NCBI GenBank assembly: GCA_946646575.1
Contig: CAMPCR010000001.1
Location: 14,815 to 78,814, forward strand
Direction of reading: 5' to 3'
Length of the DNA: 64,000 nt
Source: an uncultured Verrucomicrobiota bacterium
GTDB lineage: Bacteria; Verrucomicrobiota; Verrucomicrobiia; Opitutales; UBA9783
Below are positions 1 through 12,118 of the stretch, one piece after another. The position numbers and the translations under genes are program-made. Position 1 is the first letter of the stretch, and the number at the start of each line of letters is the position of its first letter. The notes under the pieces were generated by a model. That model was given only the letters and a program-made list of their open reading frames with translations. It did no database searches and was not told the DNA's origin.

Positions 1-80
1 ACGAAAAGCAACGAAAGTGTGAATAAAATACGCTGCTTCAGCTCCGGAATTCGAAAACAGTTCAAAAACGCCGCCCACAT
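1..80 (-). CDS. secY: preprotein translocase SecY, N-terminal fragment (gene continues beyond window start)
   Basis: Reverse strand from ATG at 80-78 reads MWAAFLNCFRIPELKQRILFTLSLLF, the conserved SecY N-terminus. It lies directly downstream of rplO, as in spc operons. It is too short for the ORF track. Confidence 0.6.
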   Translation of the reverse strand, partial: MWAAFLNCFRIPELKQRILFTLSLLF

Positions 81-86
81 AGATCG

Positions 87-533
87 TTAAACACTCAACA
101 CTTTACCGCCGACCGCCTCAATCTTCGCCTTCGCACCTTCGGTTACCTTGTCGACTTGAAACGAAAGTGAACGCTTCCACTCACCGTTCCCCAACACCTT
201 AATCGGAAGATTATCTTCATCGATAAGCTTCAAATCCGACAGCACTTTTCGGTCAACGATCGCCGAAAAATCCGCCGGCAACACCGAATCCAGCAAGCCC
301 AGGTTGACCACATGATACAACTTCTTGAAATTGCTGTTATTAAAACCGCGCTTCGGAAATTTACGATACCAGGGAATACCGGAAAAATTATGAGGCGTCG
401 AATACCCGGAACGCGCATTTCCGCCTTTATTTCCGCGCGTCGACGTCTCACCGTGACCGCACGCCCGACCGCACCCCAAACGTTTGCTTTTCTTCAAACG
501 ATTAGGCGTAAAAGGTAATTTATCCAACCGCAT
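87..533 (-). CDS. rplO: 50S ribosomal protein L15 (uL15)
   Basis: 148 aa with ATG start. The Gly/Lys/Arg-rich N-terminus (GRACGHGETSTRGNKGGNARSG) is typical of uL15. It is the last ribosomal gene before secY. Confidence 0.95.
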   Translation of the reverse strand: MRLDKLPFTPNRLKKSKRLGCGRACGHGETSTRGNKGGNARSGYSTPHNFSGIPWYRKFPKRGFNNSNFKKLYHVVNLGLLDSVLPADFSAIVDRKVLSDLKLIDEDNLPIKVLGNGEWKRSLSFQVDKVTEGAKAKIEAVGGKVLSV

Positions 534-547
534 TTTACTTCCTTCCC

Positions 548-1123
548 TTACGCAAGCACATCCGCCTCCGCCGCCAGAAGCGCATTTATCTGCTGCTTGG
601 TACGCATTTTCAAAAGTGCTTTAACGGTTGCGCAAACTACGCCGACGCCGTTTTTGGAACCGAGCGACTTCGACAATACATCTTTGACGCCCGCCAACTC
701 CAAAACCGCACGCACACCGCCGCCGGCCACAACACCCGTACCGTGGCACGCGGGCTTCAACATTACGCGACCGCCGTCGGAAACACCCAAAGTCGTATGT
801 GGAATAGTGTTGTTCAACAAAGAAACCCTATACACATGCTTCTTGGCACTTTCGCTTGCTTTTCGAACGGCATCCGTCACTTCCTTCGCTTTTCCGATGC
901 CGTAACCAATCAGACCCGCTTTGTTGCCGGCAACCACCAATACCGAAAAACTGAAACGACGACCGCCTTTCGACACCTTCGCGCAACGGTTCACGCAAAC
1001 CGTCCGCTCTTCCCAACCCTCCGGCACCTCCGAAAGCATCAACTCCCGTTTCTCGGTCAAAAAGTCTAACGGCGAACCGCCGACCGTCTGCTCGTTTTCC
1101 GCCACCATTCCTAAACTATCCAT
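548..1123 (-). CDS. rpsE: 30S ribosomal protein S5 (uS5)
   Basis: ORF 548-1174 trimmed to the ATG at 1123, which overlaps the rplR stop (TGATG). Core motif GRRFSFSVLVVAGNKAGLIGYGIGKAKEV. No L30 gene lies between it and rplO. Confidence 0.93.
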   Translation of the reverse strand: MDSLGMVAENEQTVGGSPLDFLTEKRELMLSEVPEGWEERTVCVNRCAKVSKGGRRFSFSVLVVAGNKAGLIGYGIGKAKEVTDAVRKASESAKKHVYRVSLLNNTIPHTTLGVSDGGRVMLKPACHGTGVVAGGGVRAVLELAGVKDVLSKSLGSKNGVGVVCATVKALLKMRTKQQINALLAAEADVLA

Positions 1124-1485
1124 CAAAATTGAATCCCCTGTTGACGAACGGCATCGGCAAACGTCCGAACGCAACCGAAATACAACCGACCCGAACGATC
1201 AAAAACAACGCGCCCAATCCCTTTTTCTTTCAAAAGAGCACCGAACAGCTTCCCCAGCACTTCCATGCCGGCACGGTTCGGTTTAATATGCTGCGACTTT
1301 ATATCCTTCGACATGGAAGACAAAGACGCCAACGTCTTCCCGACCCCATCATCAATGCACTGCGCATACGCATGCTTATTCGAGAGGCACAAAGCCAAAC
1401 GCGGACGATCCGCCGTTCCGCGAACGCGCGAACGGATACGCGCCCGACGCTTCGCCTCCAACCGTTGTTTTTCAAGCAATTTCAT
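1123..1485 (-). CDS. rplR: 50S ribosomal protein L18 (uL18)
   Basis: 120 aa with ATG start. RARIRSRVRGTADRPRLALCLSNKHAYAQ is the uL18 signature. Operon order is L6-L18-S5. Confidence 0.95.
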   Translation of the reverse strand: MKLLEKQRLEAKRRARIRSRVRGTADRPRLALCLSNKHAYAQCIDDGVGKTLASLSSMSKDIKSQHIKPNRAGMEVLGKLFGALLKEKGIGRVVFDRSGRLYFGCVRTFADAVRQQGIQF

Positions 1486-1488
1486 ACG

Positions 1489-2025
1489 TTATGCCTTCTT
1501 CTTGCCTTCTTTACGACGGACATACTCACCGACAATCCGCACACCCTTGCCTTTATACGGCTCCACCGGATAATAACGCTTAATATCCGCCGCCACCTGA
1601 CCGACTTTGCAACAATCGGCTCCCTCGACATGAATCTGAATCCCGTCCTTCACCTGGACGGTAATACCGTCCGGAACGGGATATTTAATCGGATGCGAAT
1701 ACCCGAGCGCCAAATCCAGAAATTTACCGTTCAAAGCCGCCTTAAAACCGACACCCTGGATTTCCAAATTTTTCGAAAAGGGCGTTTGTACCCCTTTCAC
1801 CATGTTGGCGATGATTGCACGCACCGTACCGTGCATCGCCGACGAAAAACGATCGGAACCTTTCAGCTCCACCAAAACACGACGCTCCTCCTGACGAATG
1901 GTTACGCAGGGCGCAAACGTTTGTTTCAACTCCCCCTTCGGTCCTTTCACCGTCACGGTCGAACCGTCCACGGTAACCGTCACTTTTTCGCCGCAATCAA
2001 TCGGTAATTTACCTATACGACTCAT
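1489..2025 (-). CDS. rplF: 50S ribosomal protein L6 (uL6)
   Basis: 178 aa. MSRIGKLPI...VTVKGPKGEL is the classic uL6 N-terminus. Confidence 0.95.
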   Translation of the reverse strand: MSRIGKLPIDCGEKVTVTVDGSTVTVKGPKGELKQTFAPCVTIRQEERRVLVELKGSDRFSSAMHGTVRAIIANMVKGVQTPFSKNLEIQGVGFKAALNGKFLDLALGYSHPIKYPVPDGITVQVKDGIQIHVEGADCCKVGQVAADIKRYYPVEPYKGKGVRIVGEYVRRKEGKKKA

Positions 2026-2029
2026 CGCT

Positions 2030-2419
2030 CTACCATACTTTACAAATTAACTCACCGCCGACATTCATCGCCTTCGCCTGTTGCCCCGTCATCATTCCTT
2101 TTGATGTCGACAATAAACAAATCCCAAGACCGCTCAACACGCTCGGAATATGCGCACAATCCACATACCAACGCGCACCCGGCTTACTGCAACGTTCCAG
2201 AACATTTAGAACCGGACAGCCCTTCACGTATTTCAAACGCACCACCAACGACTTTCGCCCCTTTTCGTCCGCAACCTCCTCCACGCCGGCGACATACCCC
2301 TCCTTTTTCAACAAAAGAGCAATCGCGTGACGCACGCGGGAAAACGCAATGCAACAACTCGCCTTGCGAACCCGATTCGCATTACGAATAACCGTCAAAA
2401 AATCCCCGATCGTATCCAT
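2030..2419 (-). CDS. rpsH: 30S ribosomal protein S8 (uS8)
   Basis: ORF 2030-2428 begins at TTG. The ATG at 2419 (MDTIGDFLTVIRNA) lies 2 nt after the rpsN stop and matches the usual uS8 start. Confidence 0.93.
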   Translation of the reverse strand: MDTIGDFLTVIRNANRVRKASCCIAFSRVRHAIALLLKKEGYVAGVEEVADEKGRKSLVVRLKYVKGCPVLNVLERCSKPGARWYVDCAHIPSVLSGLGICLLSTSKGMMTGQQAKAMNVGGELICKVW

Positions 2420-2421
2420 AA

Positions 2422-2727
2422 CTACCAAGATGCCTTCGTTACCCCCGGCAACAAACCCTCGGACGCAAATTCACGCAAAATCAAACGCGAAACGCCGAAC
2501 TTTCCGTAAAAACCGCGCGAGCGCCCCGTAATCGAACAACGATTTCGATAACGAACGGGCGATGAATTACGCGGCAACAATGCCAATTCGCGCTGAGCGG
2601 CAAAAAACGCCTCATCCGATGTTTCCGGATTTAAAATTTTCGCCTTCAACTCCTTCCGCTTCGCCGCATACTTTTTAATCAACCGCGCGCGACGCTCGTT
2701 TCGCTCAATGGAGGACTTTTTTGCCAT
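2422..2727 (-). CDS. rpsN: 30S ribosomal protein S14 (uS14), long non-zinc form
   Basis: 101 aa, [24 protein letters not shown]...GVTKASW. There is no CxxC pair, so this is the long C-minus type. Confidence 0.93.
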   Translation of the reverse strand: MAKKSSIERNERRARLIKKYAAKRKELKAKILNPETSDEAFFAAQRELALLPRNSSPVRYRNRCSITGRSRGFYGKFGVSRLILREFASEGLLPGVTKASW

Positions 2728-2728
2728 A

Positions 2729-3271
2729 CTACTTCCGAAAAACCATTCCCAATTTTTGCAACAACAACAACGCCTCGCGATCGCTGTCGGTCGTTGTCAC
2801 AATTGCAATATCCAAACCGGTATTCTGCCGACTGCTCGATTCGATTTTAATCTCCGGAAAAATCGAATGATCCTCGATACCGATGTTTAAATTGCCGCAC
2901 TTATCCATCCGCTTCGAAACACCGCGAAAATCACGGATCACCGGAAGAACGATATGAATAAGACGATAAAGAAAATCGTACATCCGCTTCCCGCGCAACG
3001 TCGCCTTAACACCCGACGGCATCCCCTGACGCAGCTTGAAATTCGAAATACTCTTCTTGGCTTTAATCAACAGAGGCTTTTGTCCCGCGATTAAACCAAT
3101 TTCTTTCACCAACTGCTCCACGTGCGCCTTATCCGCCTCCGCATCAATGCGGGAATTCAAAACAATCTTCTCGAGCTTCGGAACACGATGGATATTTTTA
3201 ATCTCCAACTCTTTTTCGAGAGCGGGAACCACCTGTTGCTCGTACAAATCCTTCAAAACGGTCGTCGCCAT
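2729..3271 (-). CDS. rplE: 50S ribosomal protein L5 (uL5)
   Basis: The ORF starts at a GTG (3280) overlapping the rplX stop. The in-frame ATG at 3271 gives [22 protein letters not shown], the typical uL5 start. Confidence 0.93.
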   Translation of the reverse strand: MATTVLKDLYEQQVVPALEKELEIKNIHRVPKLEKIVLNSRIDAEADKAHVEQLVKEIGLIAGQKPLLIKAKKSISNFKLRQGMPSGVKATLRGKRMYDFLYRLIHIVLPVIRDFRGVSKRMDKCGNLNIGIEDHSIFPEIKIESSSRQNTGLDIAIVTTTDSDREALLLLQKLGMVFRK

Positions 3272-3276
3272 AACAC

Positions 3277-3549
3277 TCACCCTTCTTTGGAACGTTCAAT
3301 ACCCTTCTTCGCACCTGCAGTTTTGACGCCGACCAACATCACATTCGAATAATGAATCGGCATCTCTGTCTCAATCATCCCGCCCTTCGGATTTTCCTGC
3401 GATTTTTTGAGACACCTTTTACGCACATTCACACCCTCAACCAAAACGCGTTGAGAATCGCGAAGCACCTTCAAAACCTTCCCTTTTTTTCCTTTATGTT
3501 CCCCGGAAATCACAACCACTTCCGAATCCCGCTTGATTTTAAATTTCAT
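3277..3549 (-). CDS. rplX: 50S ribosomal protein L24 (uL24)
   Basis: 90 aa with the KOW-like motif VVVISGEHKGKKGKVLKV. Its ATG overlaps the rplN stop (TAATG). Confidence 0.93.
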   Translation of the reverse strand: MKFKIKRDSEVVVISGEHKGKKGKVLKVLRDSQRVLVEGVNVRKRCLKKSQENPKGGMIETEMPIHYSNVMLVGVKTAGAKKGIERSKEG

Positions 3550-3914
3550 TACAAAACCTCCGGAGCCAAAGAAATAATTTTTGAAAAATTCTTCTGACGC
3601 AATTCGCGTGCCACCGGACCAAACACACGCGTTCCTTTCGGATTATTGGCGGCGTCGATAATCACACATGCATTATCGTCAAAACGCAACCCGGAACCGT
3701 CTTCCCGCAAAATCGGATAAGCGGTACGAACCACCACGGCACGCACGACTTCCCCCTTTTTGACGCTCGCCTCGGGCGTGCTCTCTTTCACGGAACCGAT
3801 GACAATATCACCAATCCCGGCGGTCCGACTTAATTGCCCCAGACGACGGATCACCGCAACCCTTTTTGCACCAGTGTTATCCGCCACATTCAACACGCTC
3901 CCCATCTGCAACAT
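3549..3914 (-). CDS. rplN: 50S ribosomal protein L14 (uL14)
   Basis: 121 aa. [12 protein letters not shown] is the uL14 N-terminal signature. Confidence 0.95.
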   Translation of the reverse strand: MLQMGSVLNVADNTGAKRVAVIRRLGQLSRTAGIGDIVIGSVKESTPEASVKKGEVVRAVVVRTAYPILREDGSGLRFDDNACVIIDAANNPKGTRVFGPVARELRQKNFSKIISLAPEVL

Positions 3915-3920
3915 AACGTC

Positions 3921-4187
3921 CTACCCCTGCACTTTCTCCAACAAGCGAACCACACGCCAACGCTTTAAATGACTTAAGGGGCGCGTCGACATAATCTCAA
4001 CCCGATCACCGACTTGACACTTATTCTCCTGATCATGCGCATACAACACCGTCTTGCGCTTAATTTCCTTTCGAAACAACGGATGCGGCTTCTTGTAAAA
4101 AAATACCACCTTCACCGTCTTATCCCCCAAACGCCCTCTGACTTCACCAACCAGCGTTTTACGCAATTTCCTCTGTTCCTGTTCCAT
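3921..4187 (-). CDS. rpsQ: 30S ribosomal protein S17 (uS17)
   Basis: 88 aa. Motifs KTVKVVFFYKKPHPLFRKEIKRKTVLYAHD and GDRVEIMSTRPLS, with the expected L29-S17-L14 position. Confidence 0.93.
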   Translation of the reverse strand: MEQEQRKLRKTLVGEVRGRLGDKTVKVVFFYKKPHPLFRKEIKRKTVLYAHDQENKCQVGDRVEIMSTRPLSHLKRWRVVRLLEKVQG

Positions 4188-4196
4188 TCTCCGCCT

Positions 4197-4385
4197 TTAT
4201 AACGACTGCCTCGACAAAACCGTCAAAATGCGCGCCCGATCTTTCCTGCATTGACGCAACTCGGACGGAACTTTCAATTGCCCCAACTGCTTCTTCATGC
4301 GCAACTCCAACATCTGCTGCGATAACTTCGCCAACTTCTCTCGCAACTCCGCAGGCTTCAACGTCGAAAAATCCTTCTTTTTCAC
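4197..4385 (-). CDS. rpmC: 50S ribosomal protein L29 (uL29)
   Basis: ORF 4197-4430 would overlap rplP by 43 nt. The GTG at 4385, 2 nt after the rplP stop, gives a 62-aa product (LKPAELREKLAKLSQQMLELRMKKQLGQL) of normal uL29 length. Confidence 0.85.
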   Translation of the reverse strand: MKKKDFSTLKPAELREKLAKLSQQMLELRMKKQLGQLKVPSELRQCRKDRARILTVLSRQSL

Positions 4386-4387
4386 AC

Positions 4388-4819
4388 CTAAAACCGCTGA
4401 ACCAACGCCTCCTGACTTAAAAACCGGCAACGTAAACCCAACTTCCGATCCGCCAGCGACATCGCCTCCTGCGCCACCGCCAACGGCACGCCGGTGACCT
4501 CAAACAAAATCATCCCGGGCTTTACGATCGTCACCCAATACTCCACACTGCCCTTCCCTTTTCCCATACGGGTCTCGGCAGGCTTGCGGGTAATCGGCTT
4601 CTGCGGGAACACGCGCAACCACATTTTTCCCTTTCGCTTCAAATGACGGTTAATCGCCACACGCGCCGCTTCCAACTGCGCCGCCGTAATACGCCCGCGT
4701 TCCAACACCTGAATACCAAACGTTCCGAAAGCCAATTCCGCACCGCCTTTGGCATTACCGTAAATACGCCCCTTTTGAACCTTGGCGTATTTCGTCCGAG
4801 CCGGAAGTAACATTGCCAT
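4388..4819 (-). CDS. rplP: 50S ribosomal protein L16 (uL16)
   Basis: 143 aa. MLLPARTKYAKVQKGR and PITRKPAETRMGKGKG are uL16 motifs. Alternative ATG at 4813. Confidence 0.95.
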   Translation of the reverse strand: MAMLLPARTKYAKVQKGRIYGNAKGGAELAFGTFGIQVLERGRITAAQLEAARVAINRHLKRKGKMWLRVFPQKPITRKPAETRMGKGKGSVEYWVTIVKPGMILFEVTGVPLAVAQEAMSLADRKLGLRCRFLSQEALVQRF

Positions 4820-4822
4820 CGC

Positions 4823-5452
4823 TTATTCCTTCTTCCCCTCCGTACAAACCCAACACTTGACACCGATGGTGCCGTACACCGTCTGTGCCTCCGTAAAACC
4901 GTAATCCACATCCGCGCGCAACGTATGCAACGGAACGGAACCGAAACGTTGCGATTCCGAACGGGCAATTTCGGCACCGCCCAAGCGTCCGGAACACTGC
5001 AAACGAATCCCCTTCGCGCCCATGCTCATTGCCAACTGTGTCGCTTTTTTCATGGCGCGACGGAACGAAACGCGACGCTCCAGCTGCACCGCGATATTTT
5101 CCGCAATCAATTTCGCCGTCAAATCGGGACTCTTCACTTCCTGAACATCCAGAAGAACCTCTTTCCCCAGCAACTTACGAAGCGACGTGCGCAATTTTTC
5201 CAAATCCTGACCTCTGCGACCGACAATCACGCCAGGACGACCGCTCGAAATCGTTACGCGAACACGCGTTCCCGCACGCTCTATGAGAACATCCCGAACG
5301 GACGCATAATGCAATTTCTCCCCCAGAAAGCGACGAACGACAAAATCCTCCTTTATGCGGGACGCATAACCCGAACCTTCGGCATACCAACAGGAACGCC
5401 AATCACGACGCACCGGCAAACGAAAACCGATCGGATTTACCTTCTGTCCCAT
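4823..5452 (-). CDS. rpsC: 30S ribosomal protein S3 (uS3)
   Basis: 209 aa. MGQKVNPIGFRL start, followed by a KH-domain region. Confidence 0.95.
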   Translation of the reverse strand: MGQKVNPIGFRLPVRRDWRSCWYAEGSGYASRIKEDFVVRRFLGEKLHYASVRDVLIERAGTRVRVTISSGRPGVIVGRRGQDLEKLRTSLRKLLGKEVLLDVQEVKSPDLTAKLIAENIAVQLERRVSFRRAMKKATQLAMSMGAKGIRLQCSGRLGGAEIARSESQRFGSVPLHTLRADVDYGFTEAQTVYGTIGVKCWVCTEGKKE

Positions 5453-5453
5453 A

Positions 5454-5813
5454 CTAACCTTCCCGAGCCTGGCGTTTTTCCCCGTCCCATGTCAACACAA
5501 TCTTAATACGACTGCCGCGCTTGCGAATTGGATGCGCCGAACCGCGCGAAACCGGCTGAAAACGCTTCATCGCCACGCCTTCGTCAATGCGCGCTTCGCA
5601 AATTGATAAACGCTCGCCGGAGATATTCAAATTATTCTCGGCATTTGCAACGGCACTTTTGACGGACTTCCACAAGAGACGCGCGGATTTTTGCTTCATC
5701 CAGCGCAACGTCTGCAACGCCTCCTGCGCCTGCATCCCAACCAAGCACCCTGCTATCGGTCGCAACTTAAGCGGCGAAATACGAACATTCTTCACTAAAG
5801 CTTGTACTTTCAT
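5454..5813 (-). CDS. rplV: 50S ribosomal protein L22 (uL22)
   Basis: 119 aa. VRISPLKLRPIA and GSAHPIRKRGSRIKIVL are uL22 motifs. Confidence 0.95.
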   Translation of the reverse strand: MKVQALVKNVRISPLKLRPIAGCLVGMQAQEALQTLRWMKQKSARLLWKSVKSAVANAENNLNISGERLSICEARIDEGVAMKRFQPVSRGSAHPIRKRGSRIKIVLTWDGEKRQAREG

Positions 5814-6085
5814 CAGGCTTTTCTCGTATGCGGGTTATGAGCTTTAAACGTACGGGTCGGAGCAAACTCACCCAATTTATGCCCAACCATATTTTCCGTC
5901 ACATACACCGGAAGAAACGTCTTCCCGTTATGCACATTGAAATTCAAACCGATAAAATCCGGCGTAATGGTCGAGCGACGCGACCACGTTTGAATGGGTC
6001 TTTTATCACCCGATTGGACACAGGCACTTACCTTATCCATCAGCTTCGGATCCACAAAAAAACCTTTCTTTAACGAACGTGCCAT
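5813..6085 (-). CDS. rpsS: 30S ribosomal protein S19 (uS19)
   Basis: 90 aa. [12 protein letters not shown]...[28 protein letters not shown]. Confidence 0.95.
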   Translation of the reverse strand: MARSLKKGFFVDPKLMDKVSACVQSGDKRPIQTWSRRSTITPDFIGLNFNVHNGKTFLPVYVTENMVGHKLGEFAPTRTFKAHNPHTRKA

Positions 6086-6088
6086 AGA

Positions 6089-6934
6089 TTACCCTCTCTT
6101 CACCTTCTTGCCGTTACGACGCACCAAAATAAACCGATCGCTTGCATTTGTACGTTTGCGCGTGATGTAACCCTTTGCAAGCTGCCCCCAGGGCGAAACC
6201 GGATGATTACCACCGCCCGTTTCTCCGCCGCCCATCGGGTGATCGATCGGATTCATCGCGCAACCGCGAACGTGCGGACGGCGCCCTTTCCAACGCGCAC
6301 GCCCGGCTTTCCCCATCACCGCATTCTGATGATCGGAATTACCGACGCGCCCGATGGTCGCGCGACAACGCTCATCCACCAAACGGATTTCGCCACTTGG
6401 CATCTTTAAAGACGCATATCCTTTATCAAAACCGACAATCTCCAGCGATGCCCCCGCCGACCGCGCCAAAGCCGCCCCCTTCCCGGGAACCATTTCAACG
6501 GCATGAATTTTCAAGCCCGACGGAATACAGGACAACGGAAAACTCATCCCGATCCGATAATTCGAAACCGCTTTATCCAACGAGACCACCGAATCACCGA
6601 CCCGCAACCCTTCCGGCGCCAAAATATAAGCTTTCTCGCCGTCGGCATACTTTAACAATGCCAAAAGTGCCGAACGATTGGGATCGTATTCAATCGCTTC
6701 AACCACGGCAGGAACCGCCAACTTGGAACGCTTAAAATCAACCGCCCGCCAAAGACGCTTATGACCGCCACCGCGATGGCGCAACGTAATGCGACCGTAA
6801 CAATTGCGCCCCTTTGAAAAATGACGCCCCGAGATCAACGAACACCCAGCAGGCTTTTTACTCACCTCCACCTTGTTGCTGACCAAAAACCGACAACTCG
6901 ACGTTACCGGAACCGATTTAATAAGTACCATCAT
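6089..6934 (-). CDS. rplB: 50S ribosomal protein L2 (uL2)
   Basis: 281 aa. GRNCYGRITLRHRGGGHKR and MNPIDHPMGGGEG-like motifs. Confidence 0.95.
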   Translation of the reverse strand: MMVLIKSVPVTSSCRFLVSNKVEVSKKPAGCSLISGRHFSKGRNCYGRITLRHRGGGHKRLWRAVDFKRSKLAVPAVVEAIEYDPNRSALLALLKYADGEKAYILAPEGLRVGDSVVSLDKAVSNYRIGMSFPLSCIPSGLKIHAVEMVPGKGAALARSAGASLEIVGFDKGYASLKMPSGEIRLVDERCRATIGRVGNSDHQNAVMGKAGRARWKGRRPHVRGCAMNPIDHPMGGGETGGGNHPVSPWGQLAKGYITRKRTNASDRFILVRRNGKKVKRG

Positions 6935-6938
6935 CCCC

Positions 6939-7229
6939 TTATATCACTTCGATGTGATACCCTTTCTCTAAAAACACCAACGCCTTTTTCATGCCGCCGA
7001 CCGCCCCCGGCAACGACTTCCGCATGCGACTCCGCTTGATTTTCGGCTTACGAACAAGAATATTCACCTTTTTAACCTTCACCTTAAAAGCCGCTTCCAC
7101 CGCATCCGCAACCGCCGTACGATTGGCATCCGCAACAACCTCAAACGTATAACAATTTCCGACCGCAGACAAATTGCTCACCTTTTCCGTTACGCGATAC
7201 TCTTTTAAAATGTTCCAAGGTTCCGCCAT
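6939..7229 (-). CDS. rplW: 50S ribosomal protein L23 (uL23)
   Basis: 96 aa. RVTEKVSNLSAVGNCYTFEVVADANRTAVADAVE, at the L4-L23-L2 position. Confidence 0.93.
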   Translation of the reverse strand: MAEPWNILKEYRVTEKVSNLSAVGNCYTFEVVADANRTAVADAVEAAFKVKVKKVNILVRKPKIKRSRMRKSLPGAVGGMKKALVFLEKGYHIEVI

Positions 7230-7232
7230 ATT

Positions 7233-7865
7233 TTACTCCTCCGCCTTCGTTTTCTCAAAAAACGCCGTCAACGCACGCTCCGTTACAACAATGTTTGAAT
7301 AAAGCGTCACATCCAGCGCACTCACGGAAGACATGTCAATCGAAAACACGCGCTTCAAATTCCGAAGCGACAACAGTTGGTTTTTCGAAAATTCACTGTC
7401 CAACAACAAACAGGAACGTTGCGTTATCTTGTTAAAAACCGCCGCCATTTCCCGTGTTTTGGGAGTTTCCTGCGATTTCAACGCCTCCAACACAAACAAT
7501 TTTCCTTCGCAAACCGCATCAAACAATGCCCGCTGCAACGCCAAACGTTTTTCTTTGCGATTCAAACGCACCGAAAAATCGCGCGGCTTCGGTCCGAAAA
7601 CAACACCGCCGCCGCGAGCCAACGGACTGCGCTTTTCGCCCTGACGCGCCATACCCGTCCCTTTTTGACGGAACGGTTTCTTGCCGGAACCCTTCACGTC
7701 GCCGCGCGTCTTCGTGCAGGCATTTCCCTGGCGCGCATTCGCACGATACGCTAAAATGACCTCTTTCAACACCTGAAGCCCGCGATCGCCTTCAAACTCA
7801 ACCATGGCATACTCGCGCTCGCCTTTTGCCTCACCGGTCACATCGTAAAACGGAATTTTCATCAT
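7233..7865 (-). CDS. rplD: 50S ribosomal protein L4 (uL4)
   Basis: 210 aa. KTRGDVKGSGKKPFRQKGTGMARQGEKRSPLARGGGVVFGPKPR is the uL4 loop signature. Confidence 0.93.
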   Translation of the reverse strand: MMKIPFYDVTGEAKGEREYAMVEFEGDRGLQVLKEVILAYRANARQGNACTKTRGDVKGSGKKPFRQKGTGMARQGEKRSPLARGGGVVFGPKPRDFSVRLNRKEKRLALQRALFDAVCEGKLFVLEALKSQETPKTREMAAVFNKITQRSCLLLDSEFSKNQLLSLRNLKRVFSIDMSSVSALDVTLYSNIVVTERALTAFFEKTKAEE

Positions 7866-7878
7866 TCTTTCCTTTTAT

Positions 7879-8514
7879 TTACATAACACTCTTCGCTTTA
7901 CGAAGGAACACAAAACCGCCTTTGGCTCCCGGAAGGCTGCCTTTCAAGACAATCAGACGCTTCTCGGGAAGAACCTTCACGACTTCCAAATTCTTAACCG
8001 TCGTACACACGCATCCCATATGACCCGGCATTTTTTGGTTTTTAATGACGTGCCCCATACGACGAAAATGTCCGTAACTTCCGCCACGACGATGCGACAT
8101 CGAACCGTGCGTTGCTCGTCCGCCGCCGAACTCGTAGCGGAATACCACGCCCTGAAAACCCTTCCCTTTACTGACGGCAACCGCATCCACCAACTGCCCT
8201 TCCGCAAACAAATCCGTATTCAGCGATTGACCTAAAGAAAAAGCACTTACATCATCCGTCGTAAATTCCTTGAAACACGACAAATTTTCCTCAACGGACG
8301 CCTTCTTCAGATGACCCGCAATCGGCGCGGTTACCTTATTCTTAACGCCGTACGCCAGCTGAACCGCCGTATAACCGTCCGTCTCTGCCGTTTTTATCTG
8401 ACTCACAACGCACGGCTCCGCCAAAACAACCGTCACCGGCAACAGACGGTTGTCCTTATCAAACAACTGCGTCATGCCGACTTTCTTCCCAACCAATAAC
8501 AACCGATCTTTCAT
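7879..8514 (-). CDS. rplC: 50S ribosomal protein L3 (uL3)
   Basis: 211 aa. VGKKVGMTQLFD and SKGKGFQGVV motifs. Confidence 0.95.
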   Translation of the reverse strand: MKDRLLLVGKKVGMTQLFDKDNRLLPVTVVLAEPCVVSQIKTAETDGYTAVQLAYGVKNKVTAPIAGHLKKASVEENLSCFKEFTTDDVSAFSLGQSLNTDLFAEGQLVDAVAVSKGKGFQGVVFRYEFGGGRATHGSMSHRRGGSYGHFRRMGHVIKNQKMPGHMGCVCTTVKNLEVVKVLPEKRLIVLKGSLPGAKGGFVFLRKAKSVM

Positions 8515-8590
8515 ACTGCTAAGCGGCAGGTCGAAGCAACAACCTGCATTAGAACTAAAAAATTTACGCCATGCCCGTCAATAAAAAACA

Positions 8591-8896
8591 TTAAAGATGA
8601 ACGGCAATCTCCACACCCGCCGGTAAATTTAAACGCTTCAAGTCATCTACCGTCTGCGGCGTCGCCTCTTTAATTAAAATTAAACGACTGTGCGTACGCA
8701 ATTCAAACTGATCCATCGACTTTTTATCGACGTGCGGCGAACGGTTCACCGTAAAACGTTCGATGTGCGTCGGCATCGGCACGGGACCACACACCCGCGA
8801 ACCCGAATGTTTGGCGGTATTTACAATTTCCGCCGCCGACTTATCCAACATTCGATAATCGAAGCTTTTCAACTTAATCTCAATTTTTTCCGCCAT
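8591..8896 (-). CDS. rpsJ: 30S ribosomal protein S10 (uS10)
   Basis: The ORF begins at GTG 8905. The ATG at 8896 is preceded by GGTGAGGAA and gives [18 protein letters not shown], the usual uS10 start. Confidence 0.93.
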   Translation of the reverse strand: MAEKIEIKLKSFDYRMLDKSAAEIVNTAKHSGSRVCGPVPMPTHIERFTVNRSPHVDKKSMDQFELRTHSRLILIKEATPQTVDDLKRLNLPAGVEIAVHL

Positions 8897-8907
8897 ATTC
8901 CTCACCC

Positions 8908-11052
<2,145 letters not shown>

Positions 11053-11058
11053 AGCCGT

Positions 11059-11532
11059 TTAAGACCAGCGGAAATGCGCAAAGGCACGATTTGCCTGCGC
11101 CATACGATGGACCTCCTCCTTTTTCTTCACCACTTCGCCCGTATTGTTGTACGCATCCAGCAGTTCATTCGCCAATCCTTCCGCCATTGTTCCCTTGCGC
11201 TTATCCGCCGCCAATACGAGCCAACGAAACGCCAAACCGATTTGACGTTGATAGGGAACTTCCATCGGCACCTGATAGGTCGCACCGCCCACGCGGCGAC
11301 TTTTCACTTCCAGCTTCGGACGAATGTTCTCCAAAGCCGCCAACATGAAATCCATCGGATCACCCTTACCCAATGTTTCGCTTACTTTCTCGATCGCCCC
11401 GTACACAATGCGGCGCGCCAAAGACTTCTTCCCGCAACGCATCACGCGGTTCGTCAACTGCTCCACCAACGGGCTGTTGTAACGCGGATCTCCCTTTATC
11501 TCCCGACGTATCGCTCTTCGACGACGTGACAT
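11059..11532 (-). CDS. rpsG: 30S ribosomal protein S7 (uS7)
   Basis: 157 aa. [23 protein letters not shown]... and the [11 protein letters not shown]-terminus. Confidence 0.96.
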   Translation of the reverse strand: MSRRRRAIRREIKGDPRYNSPLVEQLTNRVMRCGKKSLARRIVYGAIEKVSETLGKGDPMDFMLAALENIRPKLEVKSRRVGGATYQVPMEVPYQRQIGLAFRWLVLAADKRKGTMAEGLANELLDAYNNTGEVVKKKEEVHRMAQANRAFAHFRWS

Positions 11533-11541
11533 AACAAAACC

Positions 11542-11925
11542 TTACTTTTTCGCTTCCTTCGGACGATGCACGCCGTATTTAGAACGACTGCGACGACGCT
11601 TCTCCACACCCTGCGCATCCAACGTCCCGCGCACCACGTGATAACGCACACCGGGCAGATCGGGTACGCACCCGCCGCGCACCAACACAATACTGTGCTC
11701 CTGCAGATTATGCCCTTCATCGGGAATGTAAGCGATTACTTCCGACCCGTTCGTTAAACGCACCTTGGTCACTTTACGAACCGCGGAATTCGGCTTCTTC
11801 GGCGTACGCGTCATCACCTGAATGCACACGCCGCGCTTAAACGGATGCTTCTCCAACGCCGGCGCGGACGACTTCGAACGTACCGCCCGCCTCGGATGCG
11901 AAATAAGCTGATTGATGGTAGGCAT
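11542..11925 (-). CDS. rpsL: 30S ribosomal protein S12 (uS12)
   Basis: 127 aa. MPTINQLI..., [11 protein letters not shown] and [16 protein letters not shown] motifs. Confidence 0.97.
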   Translation of the reverse strand: MPTINQLISHPRRAVRSKSSAPALEKHPFKRGVCIQVMTRTPKKPNSAVRKVTKVRLTNGSEVIAYIPDEGHNLQEHSIVLVRGGCVPDLPGVRYHVVRGTLDAQGVEKRRRSRSKYGVHRPKEAKK

Positions 11926-12118
11926 TTTATCTCAACACTTCATTAACAAAAATTCACGCAACGGAACGCAAGCTTTTTTTACACGACATCCCGCTTCCGC
12001 GACCGCTTCGACATACATCCGAACCGACAAACAACACCACTTCGACCGCAGAATACGCAAAACCGCTTCGAAAACGCCGTATATCTGCCCGAAACTTCCA
12101 TTACTTTCGCTTTCACAA

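Noticed and set aside
548-1174. Longer S5 ORF start (MRSDVCRCRSSTGDSIL...).
   Set aside because: The extension overlaps the end of rplR by 52 nt and is not S5-like. The ATG at 1123 gives the standard coupling with the rplR stop.
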